From Trichoplax adhaerens (Eukaryota > Animalia > Placozoa): a stretch of DNA of 64,000 nucleotides. The notes under the pieces were generated by a model. The model saw nothing but the letters and a program-made list of their open reading frames with translations. It made no database searches and was not told the DNA's origin. The position numbers were made by a program, and so were the translations under genes. Shown here piece by piece: positions 29,114 to 41,905 of this stretch. The DNA is taken from the NCBI RefSeq assembly GCF_000150275.1, contig NW_002060945.1, positions 7,817,684 through 7,881,683 of the forward strand, in the 5' to 3' direction. Each line of letters begins with the position of its first letter. The stretch's first letter is position 1.

Positions 29114-31747
29114 ATGGAGAACGCAACATTTCAAGGAATTCAAGCCTCTCAGTTAGAATATCACCTGAATCTTGTTAAAGAGAAGTATAGGAATGAATTC
29201 TTGACTCCATTGAATGAAAATTTGGAAAATTCACTTGAAGAAGCGGATTGCCAGTTAGAAAATTATAAAAGTAAGTAGGGATTCTCTTTTGCCATGTTCC
29301 ATTGGTTCAACTTGGTTGACAGTGTTGAAGGGGACAAAAAACACCAAACTTAATCCACTCAATTCTCACCAGTACATATTCTACGAGGGATCATGAGCTA
29401 CATGATTATCATTGATTTTTAAATCGATCTAATACTATATGAAGGGATTCTATTGTAGTATAATACTTCCTTTTATACCAGAAAATAGAGAGGACACGAT
29501 TCAAAATCTTGCAACGATCCTTGGGTGATTGCACTCGACGTTTTGCCATTGATTTCCATTCGTGTTGACATTTTCATCAATGCCTTTAGGACGACATTGA
29601 ATAGGCTATCAATGACAACATGCTATACGATAATGTGCCAGTGATTAGTTATTCAGGGAATGGCAATCAATTTACAACGTTGCAATAGATTAGATCGAAG
29701 CTTAACCCTCTATATGCATTGCAACCACAATCTATAATATTTGAATTTGTTATTTCAAACAACTACCAAGTACTACACTACTGTACTGTATGCGCGCACT
29801 CCATGCATTCTGAAAGTTACCAATGAGACATACATGAACGATTAACCATCTCCAAGGTATTACAGCACCCTTATTTGCTCGCGCTTTATACTGCAACTCT
29901 TTGCCATTTATAAAAAATGAATTATTACAAACTCTCAAATGATGTGGTAGTAAATTAAAATAGAAAAGATCAATGTTGACATACGTACGTGGACGTCCCG
30001 TAGAATTCAACAATTTTTTATTATATAATTATTACAGGTCTGGCTAGCGATTATAATGAAATCATAAATGATGCTAGGCGTGAAAATCTCCGTCGTCAAC
30101 GAGGTAAGTCTAGATGTACTCTGTAGTGTACAAAAATTGACACAAAATCTCCTCCTCACTTGATCCCAGTGCTGTACTATCGAGATAATAGAAAAATTTA
30201 GAATTCAAGCTCGCACACTATTGCAATTATACTCGTATAGATCTATAGTATATATATATATGTATTATCACGGACTACCCTACAATTACATCTTCATGTT
30301 CATAAAACTGACGATGATAGAACTTATACTCATCAAGCCAGTTGCCCAGGCCTAAGTCCACGCTACCGCCACTTAAAACAGATCGATAAAATCATCAATG
30401 GACCAATCTGTTTTCAGTGGACTTAACTGATCCTACTGTACGGTGTAATGCTAGTCATTGCTGATAGTTGAGCCTACCACATTCCTGTTTTTTACAGAAA
30501 TAAAGAAACAAGGTCGCAACAAAATTACTCATTTAAATTCAAAAATTTACCAAGAAGAATCAAATTTGCAACAAGTTGAAGTCAAAAATGAACAAATACA
30601 AATGCGCTTAAAGCAAGTCCCTACAGAAATACAGGAAGAAAAAGAACGTAAGAGTTTGCTTTGATTTTGCTATTGAACAAACTGGCTAATAGTTGCGTTT
30701 GTAATAGTATCGCTTTACAGTAGATACTGTATAGAAATATTAGAAATCGATTATAGCTTTCGGATAGTAAATATGAGTTAAAAGAGATTCTATCGAAGCT
30801 TCATTTCAATATCAAATTCTTTACCAAATGCTAATTCATTTTTCATACATATTTGGTATGGTAAGAAAAGGACAGATTTTTAGATTTACATTTCTTGCTA
30901 TTATTATTTTTATCACTAAAGTTTAAACAGAAATAACAGCGCAAGATATTATGATCGTTCAAAGTTGACATATATAATAGTCTAGGTTGTTAAACATATG
31001 AAACCAAACCATGTGATAAATCAATACCGCATTTTTGCTATTCTATACGATGCACAGTGACATATAGAACTCTGATTTAAAGTGAAAACTTCTTTACCCT
31101 TAGTAAAAACTGACATTGTTTTGATATATTCATTAATGCAGAGATTTCATCCGTGCGCGAGGCAGCAAAGATTACTAATGTCGAATTTTATGCAAAAGCT
31201 GTAAAAATGTTTCAAGAGCGACTAGGTCTAAAGATTGAAAAGACGAAAGGTAGTATAATACTTGGCATTTTTCTTACTTTGATATAGATTCAGTTGTAAG
31301 AAATTTCGTAGAACTATCATAAAATTAAACGCTAGTCTTACTCTGTAGATAAGAAAATGAAGTTCATCTATACTAGAATAGATCCCAACGATGATCAGAA
31401 AGAATTTTGCGTTAGTTTTGGAATTGACAGCCTTAGTAAGCAATACTATGGTAAGCCTGGTATAACAAACATATGTATGCAGCTCAATCTGTAAATCAAG
31501 AAAATGCAAACTACACCTATTGCTATTCACATCACATTGTATATACTGTAGATCATATATAATATAATTTATATGCTAACTTTCACTTATTTATGTAGTG
31601 GTTGAAAGTGTGCCAAGCGTTTCTGGACTGCAGTCGCTCATCGATCAAATTAATCGTTCTGGAAATTTAAGAATCTTCGTTAAAGGCGTGCGAAGTTTGT
31701 TTCAAGAATATGTAAATAATCCGGTAGATAGACCACAACAATTGTAA
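29114..31747 (+). CDS. SPC25: Kinetochore protein Spc25 (Ndc80 complex); exons ~29114-29270, 30038-30102, 30498-30646, 31143-31249, 31349-31450, 31599-31747
   Basis: Coiled-coil N-terminal half followed by FQERLGLKIEKTK|DKKMKFIYTRIDPNDDQKEFCVSF...|VESVPSVSGLQSLIDQINRSGNLRIFVKGVRSLF, the typical Spc25 RWD-like domain. Confidence 0.85.
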
Positions 31748-32307
31748 CTTAAGTATTGTAGTAATAACTTATTCTGCTTTGGCGTGCATATTATATCAAA
31801 CATTCGAAAATAAATCATAAGTTACAATTCTTACTTAAAAACAATTGCAAAAAATTTGTACGTATAGTTTATTAGCCTGTGTAAGAAAAATTTTCAAAAT
31901 ACATTTAGGTGTCAGACAAACAAGTACAAGAAAATATTACAGCACCGTAATAGATTGAACATAACAAAATTTTAAACGCTAATATAGTTCTTAATATTAA
32001 ACAATCAGCAGTTCACTTAGTATGCTGAAAGTAATAAATATAGATTAGATTTTATCTTCTACTTCTATCCTTAAACTTGTAAATTGACGATTGATCCTAA
32101 ATGCAGTAATCATTGCATTCTAGGATAGTGTAACTAAAAAAACTCACTCGAATAAAATAATGAAGCAAAATGACAACAGAGAAGACATTATAGGATATTT
32201 ATGCTACCTTCATGTGTTCGTGTCACAACTATGTCGAACACTGCGCTATTAATATATTACTGAAGCAATATTTACTGTACAGTACCTAAATAACCTAAAT
32301 ATCAATC

Positions 32308-35300
32308 CTAAGACCGCAATTTACTTTCGCAAGTAGCAATTCTTGACTCAATACTGGAGACATTCGACTGCATAACAGTCATATTTTTCACAAGCGATTC
32401 CTGAACCTGTTAAGTGAGAACCGGAATATGATTGAAATACCACAGTATCGCTAAACTTTAAGACATAACATTTCAAGTAAATTGCTAACATAAATATTAT
32501 AGTGTCCTTACCTGACGAAGGACTTTAGCTTGCGATTGTAAAGCATTTGAAATTTGATCTTGGGCATTGCTGAATCCGGCCAGATTTATAGCAAAGGTGC
32601 TAGCTAAAATAAATATTCGATGACAATTAAAACTATTACTTATCCAATTTATGTCCATTAAGGATATATCCATTACCTTGATGATGTAATGATTTCAAGG
32701 TTTGTAATCGGGCAGTCTAAAGACAGTATCAAAAATAGTATCATAAGTTAAAAATTTGATTACATTTCAATCGCAAAAACACGAACAGACAAATAAAATG
32801 AAAATGATATTTTCGTACAATATCGGGTATGGAGGAGGCAATAGCATCCCATTTGGACATAAAATCGTAGATTTCGGATACCTAAATTGCATTAATATTC
32901 ATTGAGCATGAAATCCTTGATGTATTGTTTACTACCGGAGTTACTCTTCCGTAAAACAAAATTCGAGTAAACCTTGGATTTTTCTTCAGCTTTATCAATC
33001 CCTTCAGTTTTTTCAGCTATTTCATTAATACGTTGGAGAACGGCCTAATAGCCAACGATAAGGATAATTAATAAAACAATATTACTCTTAAGTACTTTTG
33101 TATCTCTTCGTTAAATTGGATGACTTTTGAACATCATAAAATAAGACATAACTTATGCAATACGGTATTACTATAAGCTGTAAATCAGTGTTTAATGAAA
33201 TTATAAAATCAAGACAGACCTGTAGTCTAGCATCTACGTGTTCAATTTTTGCCGAATCCAATAAGGAAAATTTTGCTTGTAGAGCGTAGATTGCCGCCTA
33301 TTGCAGTTATGTTAAATCAAGAGGCATTAAGTGCTAATAAAAAAATAGGCTTTTTACGGAATATAAAGTAATGCAACCGTATCAAACTTAGCTAAGAAAA
33401 ACCACCTTGATAATTTCTTACAGCACATTATCAAGCACTTACCGCTAATGATTTATTATTTGGATCTAAATCGGACGTTATAGCTGGCTATATAACAAAT
33501 AAATTGCAAAGTTAGCTTCCAGTTTTGCCTACAATTCGTTAGCCATTGCTAGAACGATAATGTATATAAATCTCTTACTAATCTCCTGCTATCTTTGCCG
33601 ACAATTTGTTCTAATTTTTGCAATTTCTGTTCTACTTCGGCGGCCTTTAAAGTTAAGGTAAGTAACATTAGTCAATTAATTGAAAAATGTATAAAGTAAT
33701 ATTTTCATCATAATTAATAAAGGGCCACACTACCTTAGATAACACATTAAATTTTGCTTGCTCTGGTCTGTAATATAGTTGATATGTGATGTAATCGGTA
33801 TTGCTCTACATAAATAACGTTGATATCAGATTGATTGATATGATTACGAATTTCGTAATTCTATTATTAAAAGATTCTGGTATATAAAATAAATATTGTT
33901 TGAGAATGAATCAGCTAACCTTGTCGCCACTTGAAGCTGAAGCTTTGGCAGGTTTGTTTCCTCCCTTAAATGCTTCGATCTGTGCTAGTAATTTCCTGCA
34001 GGGAGTCAATATTGTAAGATAAATAGTGGTTTCAAAGAGAAAAGCGATCAATTTCGTCAATCTTACTTCGATATATCGCTGTCTCCTTTGACCTAGAATA
34101 TCATTGTATTTAAAGTATACGACGTAAAGAATCAAAACAAGTACTCTTAGTAGGCAATTAACATATCATATCGTATACACACTGCATAGTAAATGAAATT
34201 TTAACTGAAAGCTTCTTACATCAACGTTAGCCAAATCTTCAATGTTTGTATCCAGCAACTATATAAATTAAAAATAAAAACATCGTCATTAATCTACGTA
34301 CTAATAGTACTTAATAGTGGGATAAGATAAGCACAAATTCAGGGAAGCGATAGTTTGAGAAATTTATTTGCAGTACTGACTTGTTTTTGAAGGATTTTCA
34401 CCTGAAATTGTACACAAAGAAAAAGATTAAGGTACTTAACATTGGTAAAGCATCATTGATATCAATATTTTTAGCATGTTAATCTTTGTAAAACATACAT
34501 GCTTTGACAATTCAACAGGATTGATATCTGCTTCTTCCGTCATAGTTGCCTATATAATATTCGAAAACAGAATTGATGCTCGTAAATAGATAAAGTCGAT
34601 TTAATGTAATGATTTCCCTTCATAGTAAGCAAAAGTTTTAAAATCAAATTATAGCATATCAATAATTAATATCGTGCATGTTATATTACCTTAATTTTGT
34701 CAATTTCTTCGGTAAATTGACTAATTTCAATTTTCAATCTTTGGTACTTTTGCAATGGCGTTTCAGTTTCGTCACCAGCCTAACGTCCAAGTTATGACAT
34801 TAGATAGAGCACATGTATAGTACAAAGCTAAAAGATTATAATCTCGTTATGATACTATACGTCCATATCATTTCCGAGACAGGAGCTTACTAATTCGTAT
34901 TCAGTTGTATCGTAGCCAATATTTCGACCATCTTTTATGGAATCAGTGAAGTCTAACAAGAATATAAAATTATTCAATAAGTTTATGAATTTACCTCATA
35001 CTAACATTACGCAACAATGTCATTCAATAGAACTTTCAGATAAGTAATAGGATAGCTGGGTTGCCGGCTACTACAGTATACATTGAACTAAGTTTAAATT
35101 TCAATTCCTATCAAAGTCCGAAATGTGTATGTAGTATTGACACATTAACAGCGATACGCGGCTTATTTCTACGACATGTCGAGTTGTAAAGATTATTACA
35201 TCTTTTCTAGAGTCAAATTGTATTTTTTAATTCAATTTTTAGGGGGTAAGAATAGATTATTTCATTCTTACCTGCATCCTTGGAATCTATGTATTTATCC

Positions 35301-36627
35301 TTAAATTGTTCGTAAGATGCTTGAGCGTTCATCGGTATCAATTCTACCGTTTTACTTTCAATGCCTCCCTAAAATTTTATTATTATTATTTAGCTATCAA
35401 TACAGTATTGCATAATATCCAAGAAAAGATTTGCTTGCGGAAGCTTTAACATTTGTTCTTGAGGTATGATGGCAAGCATTTTATCTGAACACCTACCATA
35501 CTTAATACTGTCTTAATGTATTGTGTGCTTCTTAATTTTTAAGGGGTCAAATCCAGTTTCAACTAGAATACGACTTGAAACACTGAGGCATATTGAATAT
35601 TCAATACTAATTACAGTTTTGAACAGAAAGCTCGTTTAAATTAAATGATCAAAATCAATGCACGTATTCTGTACTGTACTGTAGTATGGTATGGTAGCTT
35701 ACATTACTCATACTTCGATGACATAACAACGAGCATATTGTAAAATGATGCAAAGTAAATCAGTTCTTGGACTTGCCTCTGGTAGCATTTTGGGCAACTA
35801 TTACTCTACTACAAGTACAGTATACAACACGATTGTACACATCAAAGTAATTGTGCAACTTATATCATCATTATCCTAGCTACCGCAATTTATTGTTTGT
35901 GTATTAAGCTGATTTACCTTCATTTCTTTTTCTTTACCTTTCTCTTTCTCTTTTTCCTTGGTTGGTTCTCCACCAGTTTCGAAAACATCAGGCTGATTGT
36001 CCTATACAAAGCAGGCAATACTCAATTAAATGATTATTTACAAGCAACGACATTGATACTCTAAATAGATCTGTATTACTGCAGAAGTAGTCACTACGCT
36101 ATCCGTGCAATTACTTGTTGTCATTCAAAATTTGAGACTTGGTCTAGAGTAGAATACTGGGGGGAAAATGGGTGTTGTACAGTAACCCAAGTATTTGAAA
36201 GTTGGACTGTTCTCAACACTGGCACTGACAATTCTACTGTACTTTCCAGAAATAACTCACTGAAGTGATAACCTTCAATATCAACCAATGTATAGTCCAT
36301 GGTAGAGTTGATCGCATTACTACATGAATATTGAGTTAATTACCTAATCTATTGCTACGATAGCAGCAAAAGTGGATCAAGTCGATTGATAAAAGATATC
36401 TTGACGTGTGTCGTACTCACTTCTGAGCAACAGAGCGTTAATACAGTAGAGTACATTGATTATTTATTTGATCCTACTCGCTATCTCGCTGTGAATATAT
36501 ACACCTCTATCATGACCGATTTTCTATTTGCTTTACTTTACTCTACTGATTTACTGCTGTCAATACGTACAATTCCTTCGATACCACCATATTTAGAACT
36601 ACCACTTGTGCCAGTGTTGGTCGCCAT
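32308..36627 (-). CDS. DCTN2: Dynactin subunit 2 (p50 dynamitin), many small exons
   Basis: MATNTGTSGSSKYGGIEGI|DNQPDVFET..; AQASYEQFKDKYID|DFTDSI..IGY; ETETPLQKYQRLKIEISQF; AAEVEQKLQKLEQIVG; VSEIYDFMSKWDAIASSIPDI|TARLQTLKSLHHQ; ends NMTVMQSNVSSIESRI..KLRS*. Confidence 0.9.
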
Positions 36628-36720
36628 TTTTTACCGCTTGGTTGCTGTTGAAGTCTGCTTGAACTTTTTGACAGCACTGGTCGAAGACATCGAGCGAGAT
36701 AGAGTCTGTGCAAAGAGGGT

Positions 36721-37995
36721 AAGCGCAGTATCGTCTGCGGCGGCGCAGCATTGAGTAATTCAAAGCCGTTTCTACTGTATCAAGTGTACAGTACAGTACA
36801 GTACAGTAGACTACAGCACAGTACAGTACAGTACAGTGTGAACCAGTTCGAATCAGAGTACTTTAAGGTACCCTAAAATCACGAGTGTGAATCAAAACGT
36901 AATAAGAATTATACGAATATAAAGCTGAATAGTTAACTTATCGTTTGAATTACTTTTTACATGATTTGGTCAATATTAAAGCATTTACAGTACTTATTTA
37001 ATAATCTGGAACGAAAAAGATCACACTGTACTGTACTGTACACAGTACAGTGTACAGTTCTTATGTTCGTAGTGTGCGTAGTATCGTCTGCGGCGGCGCA
37101 GCATTGAGTAATTCAAAACCGTTTCTACAGTACTGTATCTACAGTAGTGTACTGTACAGTACAGTAGACTACAGTACACTGTATGTACAGTACTGTACTG
37201 TTGTTATGTTCGTAGTTACGCGTAGTATCGTCTGCGGCGGCGCAGTATTGAGTAATTCAAAGCCCTTTCTACTGTATCTAGTGTAGACTACAGTACAATA
37301 CAGTTGTTATGTTCGTAGTTAAGCGTAGTGTCGTCTGCGGCGGCGCAGTTTCTCGACTACAGTACACAGTACAGTACAGTACTGCATTGTGCACTGCTTA
37401 CAGTACTGTACAGTACAGTACTATACTACAGTGTACAGTACTGTAAAATGAACCCCACGCCAAATTGAGCGGCTATTACTGTGCGGTACTGTACAGTGTA
37501 CCGTTGCAGATAGGCAATCCAGTTGGAATGACTACTAAAACAATTAAATTCATCTTTTAGTATGGAGGAATGACCGCTTTGCATCCCTCTTTCCATTCAT
37601 GAATGCAGTGGTCGCTTATTGTGAACTTATGATGAATCAATCGGCATGCAGTTGCTACTTTATTTTGCTCGTTATTGTAACTTTGATCATTTTAAACTGT
37701 ACTGCACTATGCTACTGTGCTTTGCTAAAAGATTACTGCGACCAGGTCGATTCAGCAAGAACTCGAGTACGACAGACTGGGTAAACCTGGCTAAAACCTA
37801 CTGTACACTAGGTCAATTTCCATGGCTAAACACGCACGAATCACATGATCTATTCTACGGTACAGTACAGTATCGCGGGGACTTGTCAAAATTTGTACTG
37901 TACACTGTACAGTACTGTACTGTAGTCTGTAAGTGGAGTGACTGGACGACAGTACAGTATACTGTACGCTGTACTGGACAGTTACCGTACAGTCC
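36721..37995. repeat. Composite repeat region between divergent DCTN2 and M6PR-like 1: four copies of a CTGCGGCGGCGCAG cassette embedded in ACAGT arrays
   Basis: gtatcgtctgcggcggcgcagcattgagtaattcaaa at ~36728, 37081 and 37225, truncated at ~37328; long (ACAGT)n/(ACTGT)n runs between and after. Confidence 0.9.
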
Positions 37996-38100
37996 TGTAT
38001 GATACGGACATCAATCTTCTGGCGCTGACTTACTTCATCTTGCTCCAGATCAATCACACGAGCACTTTGAAGGCAGTTGGCCACTTTTAGAGAGCGCTTA

Positions 38101-41100
38101 ATGTACAAGATGCAAGCCAATTTGAACCTCTTCTTGCTTTTAATCATTGTCGCCTGCTTCAGCTCCTCAGTTCAATGCCAGGTTATTAGCTCATCGATTT
38201 GCACCAAGTATGTGGTCAACGGTTTAGACTGTGGATGCCAACTGAAAAATAATGGGAACGTAGCTGGAATTGTGTCTTTATTCTCCTTAGCAAATAATGA
38301 CCATAAGCCAAGGTACAGTCTACGCGTAGTATGGTATATCATGTAAATAAACAAGAATAGGCATTACTAAAAGTGGACAGTTTATTACTAGAGTAGGTAT
38401 TTGCTTGATTAAACAGTTTATTTCTACTTTTCGATCATTGGTGTAAAAATGAAAATGTTTTTATGCGATAGCAATAAACTTGATCCATTCTTGGCGAATA
38501 ATTACGTAATGAATTTTGCACAACTACAAACCGCGCATGCTGCACTTTGCTATACTGTACTGTATTAGTGCATTATACCATACAAGGGCATCCCTATCAA
38601 CCATCAGAGCATAATTCATGTATCTTGTAGAATCGGCAATGGAGATATCCCTCGCCTATCGATTCTGGATTAAATCCCATTTTCAAAAGTAATCACTACC
38701 GATTTATGCAACATAGAGACATTACTGTAGTTGTAATAAGATATTAAAGAGACAAGCTAGAAAACGGAAAAAGTTTGGAAGTCAATTGACTGACTACATC
38801 AGTTCAGGGAACAACATCATGGAAGCCTAAAATGACTCATTTCTACCGAGTACTGTATGGATGTTACGTGCTAAGCTACAGTAGATAGAGTACATTGCAT
38901 AATTAATGGATATCATTGAATTAATGTCAATGCGCTCCACGCAATACTATATTTTAGATTATTAAGCTACCATTTTTGAGTATTATTGACACTGCTTTAA
39001 AAATAATTAATAATAATAGTAATAATTATCCTCCAGGGTATCGACTAATTATTGATATAATCATTTAGTACTGTACTCATAAATGGCTCCCTGATCAACC
39101 GTCGATGATCAGATTCAACTTTGGAGATATCGATTCCATACCAATCTGTAGCCGACTTTAATAGTAAATTATTTCCCTATACTAGTGGACAGTACAAGCT
39201 TGTTAAGTGTTAGTATTAAAAGTTTTATTCTCGCCAAATGAGCACATCGTTGCTTTATTACTATAACCAATGAATGCCCATGAATATCATTTATCGTCAT
39301 GTATCACAAAAATGAAAACCAATTGAAATAATGATCCTGTATGTTCCTGCAGATAAAACAATTTTATGAGACACTATATAGTACAGCTTCATTACCAGAT
39401 CTCTCTATTTGGATGACATTATACGCACAGTAGATATGATATGGCAGAGTACAGTACAGTAAAAATTGGTAGGTGCGTCTAATCGAATGGATCTAACAGT
39501 TTCACCAATGCTATGACATATCTCCATTTCCATGGAAGAATCGCAACCCAATCCGCGTTTATATTTTGGGGATATAGAAAGCTATAATTTTTACAAATTC
39601 TCCATGCTTTCATTATACTATACATCAGTTTTTATCACGTACAATATAACAACTCGGGTGTAGGAGAATATCCAATAGAATGCAGTTTTTACGTAGTATA
39701 TCGTAATAATTGATCGGCTTAACGCGGTTGGCATACAATATTGCTACTACTGCAGGTGCGCAATGTATGCGAATCATTATTACTAATGTACTATTGTCGG
39801 TACTAAAAATCTTGCAATTTTTAGATTCCACGATACCTACAATAAAGGTGCTGAAGGTATTTCATATAGCCCCTGCTACAATTTCACTGAGCCTGGAACT
39901 CCAACTAAAGGTAGCTGTAAAGATGTTGCGGTATGTAAATACAAATCTGCCTAAATTAATGGTTGTGTTTCATGCAAACCCTACACGACATATGTGTACT
40001 CACGCGTTCACAGTATTTATTACTCCTTCACAGCAATTACAAATTTACTCACTTTGTCGACAGTTTATAGCGTATCTGACAGGGCATCCTAATAGTGTTA
40101 ATTTACTGTTAAATACTATGCTACAACATTGTATATAAAATACTAACTAAATAGTCATGAGTAGAGTATTAAAATATTTGCAAACTTTTATGGTATTCAC
40201 TTTTAATAAATCTATAACTGTAACTGTAAGAATCACTCTTCATAGTGTTCAATTCTCATACTGTGCAGTACATTCTCTACTTCTAATAATGTAAAAATCA
40301 TACTCTAGAGGTATGGAAAAGCGCAAATAGACTATGATAATATATTAACAAACTAGGTGAAATACGCGCACTGTAACCCATTGAACTTTTATTGCATCAT
40401 GCTGACTGTCATTATTCTTCACATACAATACAAGGATACTCTTCTTACAGTCAAAATTTGAAATAGAAATAGCAATAATACAACTTCAATCTACCAAGTT
40501 CAATTAAACATTTAAGCAGCTGTATTAGTAATACTTGCTGATATTCTTGACTCATGTAATGCAATAAAATCATTTACCGCATTGCACAGTAATTGAAGAG
40601 TATTTCCTTAATTATTTAATTAGCAACTGCTTAACTACTTTTTTATTAATTATTACATGAACATGTAGGCCTGCCAGACCTTAAAAAGTCCTTCACAGTA
40701 TGTTCCAATCGGGTTACCATCACCCGTTACATACCAAGTTAATACTCAGAAAAATGTTCAATTTGTGTATAAGCACCTATACGAACAGAAATTAAGGTAC
40801 TATAATTCTTTATTCTCAACATCATACTATTTGCAATATTTTGTATTTAATTTATACTCCGTCAATTGAAGCTCAGTCGTTGAGTTATAGGAACGTTAGT
40901 ATGAAACAGTTTGTTGTCTTTGTCGTTATGTAAAATTTGTAAGCATATTTAGAGTTATAAGTATGAAACACTGTAGTTTCTCGTATTTACAACTAGGAAA
41001 TTTTATTTTTAATTGTTACCTTTCTTTTCAGGACGTTCACTTTAACCTTGGTATGTAATAAAACTGCAACTAAGCCAGTATTCGAAGCCTTAGCAAACAA

Positions 41101-41905
41101 TGGTGCTAATTATGTAAGGATTTACTTAAATTGGTATCACTAGTGACTATTCTATTTCACCTAGTATAATATCTAGGATCATGAAATAGAAATTAATTAA
41201 GCGGTATGACTCTTGAAACTCAATTACATATCGCATACTCAAAACAGCCATAAATAAGTAAAATCAGGTCATATTTGGTTAATTGCTACTCAAATATGCA
41301 ATACTTATTTTTATAGTTTGCTGAACTTTCGACTATATGTGCCTGTCCAAACGGTTGTCCTTCTGGGCCTGGAGGTCTAAGCGGTGGAAGTGTACTATTA
41401 ATCATGTACGCATTGAAATTATTTATAAATTTATTCCTATATTTGTAATCTTATGTTGTAATACATCAATGATATCAAGGATCTAAAGTTACTGCAAGTA
41501 AAGGCAGTAGCTACAAAGGCCGTAACAAAGTTGGCTAATAGCCCCTTCTGATTTGCATTAATAGTTAAGTGCTTGTAAGCTAAGTACTGATTCTGTCTTC
41601 ATAATTTACATTTTAGATTCTTTGTATTACTGTCCGTCTATTTTATTGGTGGCATAATATTTATGAAATATGTCCGCAATGCTGAAGGCTTTGAAGCGAT
41701 TCCAAATGTATCATTCTGGTCTAGTTTGCCATCACTTATTAAAGTACAGTACTTCTTATCTTACACTTGCAATTAGTATTATTAATCTGCTATAGAATTA
41801 TCTCAAAATTCGTTTTCTCATATTTTTTATTTGCAGGAAGGGTTTGCATTTACCTTTTCTCGATGCAGTGGAGGTGGATCCGATTCATCGTATGATAAAA
41901 TCTAA
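38101..41905 (+). CDS. Cation-dependent mannose-6-phosphate receptor / ATG27-like type I membrane protein, copy 1 (start ATG 38101 or 38110; 7 exons)
   Basis: Signal peptide. MRH-like ectodomain (ISYSPC, ACQ, LR|TFTLTLVC, Y|FAELSTICACP). GLSGGSVLLII|FFVLLSVYFIGG transmembrane segment, GFEAIPNVSFWSSLPSLIK|EGFAF and terminal YDKI* (YxxPhi sorting motif). Confidence 0.85.

Noticed and set aside
36721-37370. CRISPR-like look of a hairpin repeat with spacers
   Set aside because: Eukaryotic context, irregular spacing, spacers are low-complexity ACAGT runs, and no cas genes.
37050-38147. ORFs rich in YSTVQ/CTVLY (also near 5821 and 18745, and 56470)
   Set aside because: These are translations of the ACAGT pentamer repeat, which has few stop codons.
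39710-40138. 142-aa ORF, and similarly the 119-aa ORF at 49516-49875
   Set aside because: Off-frame or antisense overlaps with real exons of M6PR-like 1 and TLK.
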